Below are positions 63,655 through 64,000 of a DNA stretch of 64,000 nt, piece by piece. Origin of the DNA: Octopus bimaculoides (taxonomy: Eukaryota); NCBI RefSeq assembly GCF_001194135.2, contig NC_068985.1, forward strand, positions 921,479 to 985,478. Reading direction: 5' to 3'. Position 1 is the first letter of the stretch, and each line of letters opens with the position of its first letter. Position numbers and translations under genes: made by a program. The notes beneath the pieces were generated by a model that searched no databases, was not told the origin of the DNA, and saw nothing but the letters and a program-made list of their open reading frames with translations.

Positions 63655-64000
63655 CGTCGTGCTGGGGGCTTCCATGGCATACACGGAGGCTATGGCTTCG
63701 GTTCCCGCAACGAGGAGGGAACCAGACTGCTGGAGTTCTGTGATGCAACCAATCTTATGGTCTGCAATACCAACTTCAGGAAACCTGCCAGTCACCTAGT
63801 CACCTACCGCTCCGGCAGACACTCTAGCCAAATCGACTACATCCTCGCCAGAAATAGGGAAAGAGGGCGGCTTATAAATGCCAAAACCTACCCTGGCGAA
63901 GAATGTACCCCACAACATAGATTAGTAGTTAGCGACTTTGGGATCAAGGCAAAATGGGTGCCCAGAATTAGACAGGCTTGGAGAAGAAGGGTGTGGAAGC
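63655..64000 (+). mobile_element. RTE LINE, 5'-truncated within the APE endonuclease, uninterrupted ORF running off the window
   Basis: GFHGIHGGYGFGSRNEEGTRLLEFCDATNLMVCNTNFRKPASHLVTYRSGRHSSQIDYILAR..INAKTYPGEECTPQHRLVVSDF..WK; 115 codons without a stop. Confidence 0.93.

Overview
Eukaryotic, AT-rich, repeat-saturated draft-assembly sequence with nine N-gaps and very dense (CA)n/(TA)n/(GA)n/(GAT)n/(ATT)n/(GATA)n microsatellites. The SINE and LINE families resemble those I recall from octopus genomes, so the source is inferred to be an octopod cephalopod (not verified). Almost all ORFs in the supplied track are microsatellite or gap artefacts. Recognisable protein-coding content is transposon-derived: many RTE LINE fragments (one uninterrupted APE-endonuclease frame running off the right edge), a decayed Neptune-type Penelope element (RT plus GIY-YIG), a CR1/L2-group 3' end, a CRE-clade and two R4-clade restriction-like endonuclease fragments, and an internally deleted DD37D (maT) Tc1/mariner element. 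There are also several MITEs and three tRNA-derived SINE families. The only host-gene candidate is a pair of phase-compatible minus-strand exons near 62.9-63.6 kb with no recognisable product. The most interesting signal is a set of hammerhead-ribozyme-like motifs of the Penelope pseudo-LTR type in at least five unrelated sequence contexts. One sits in a tRNA-headed SINE-like element and another in an inverted pseudo-LTR pair. No rRNA, intact tRNA or CRISPR array was found.
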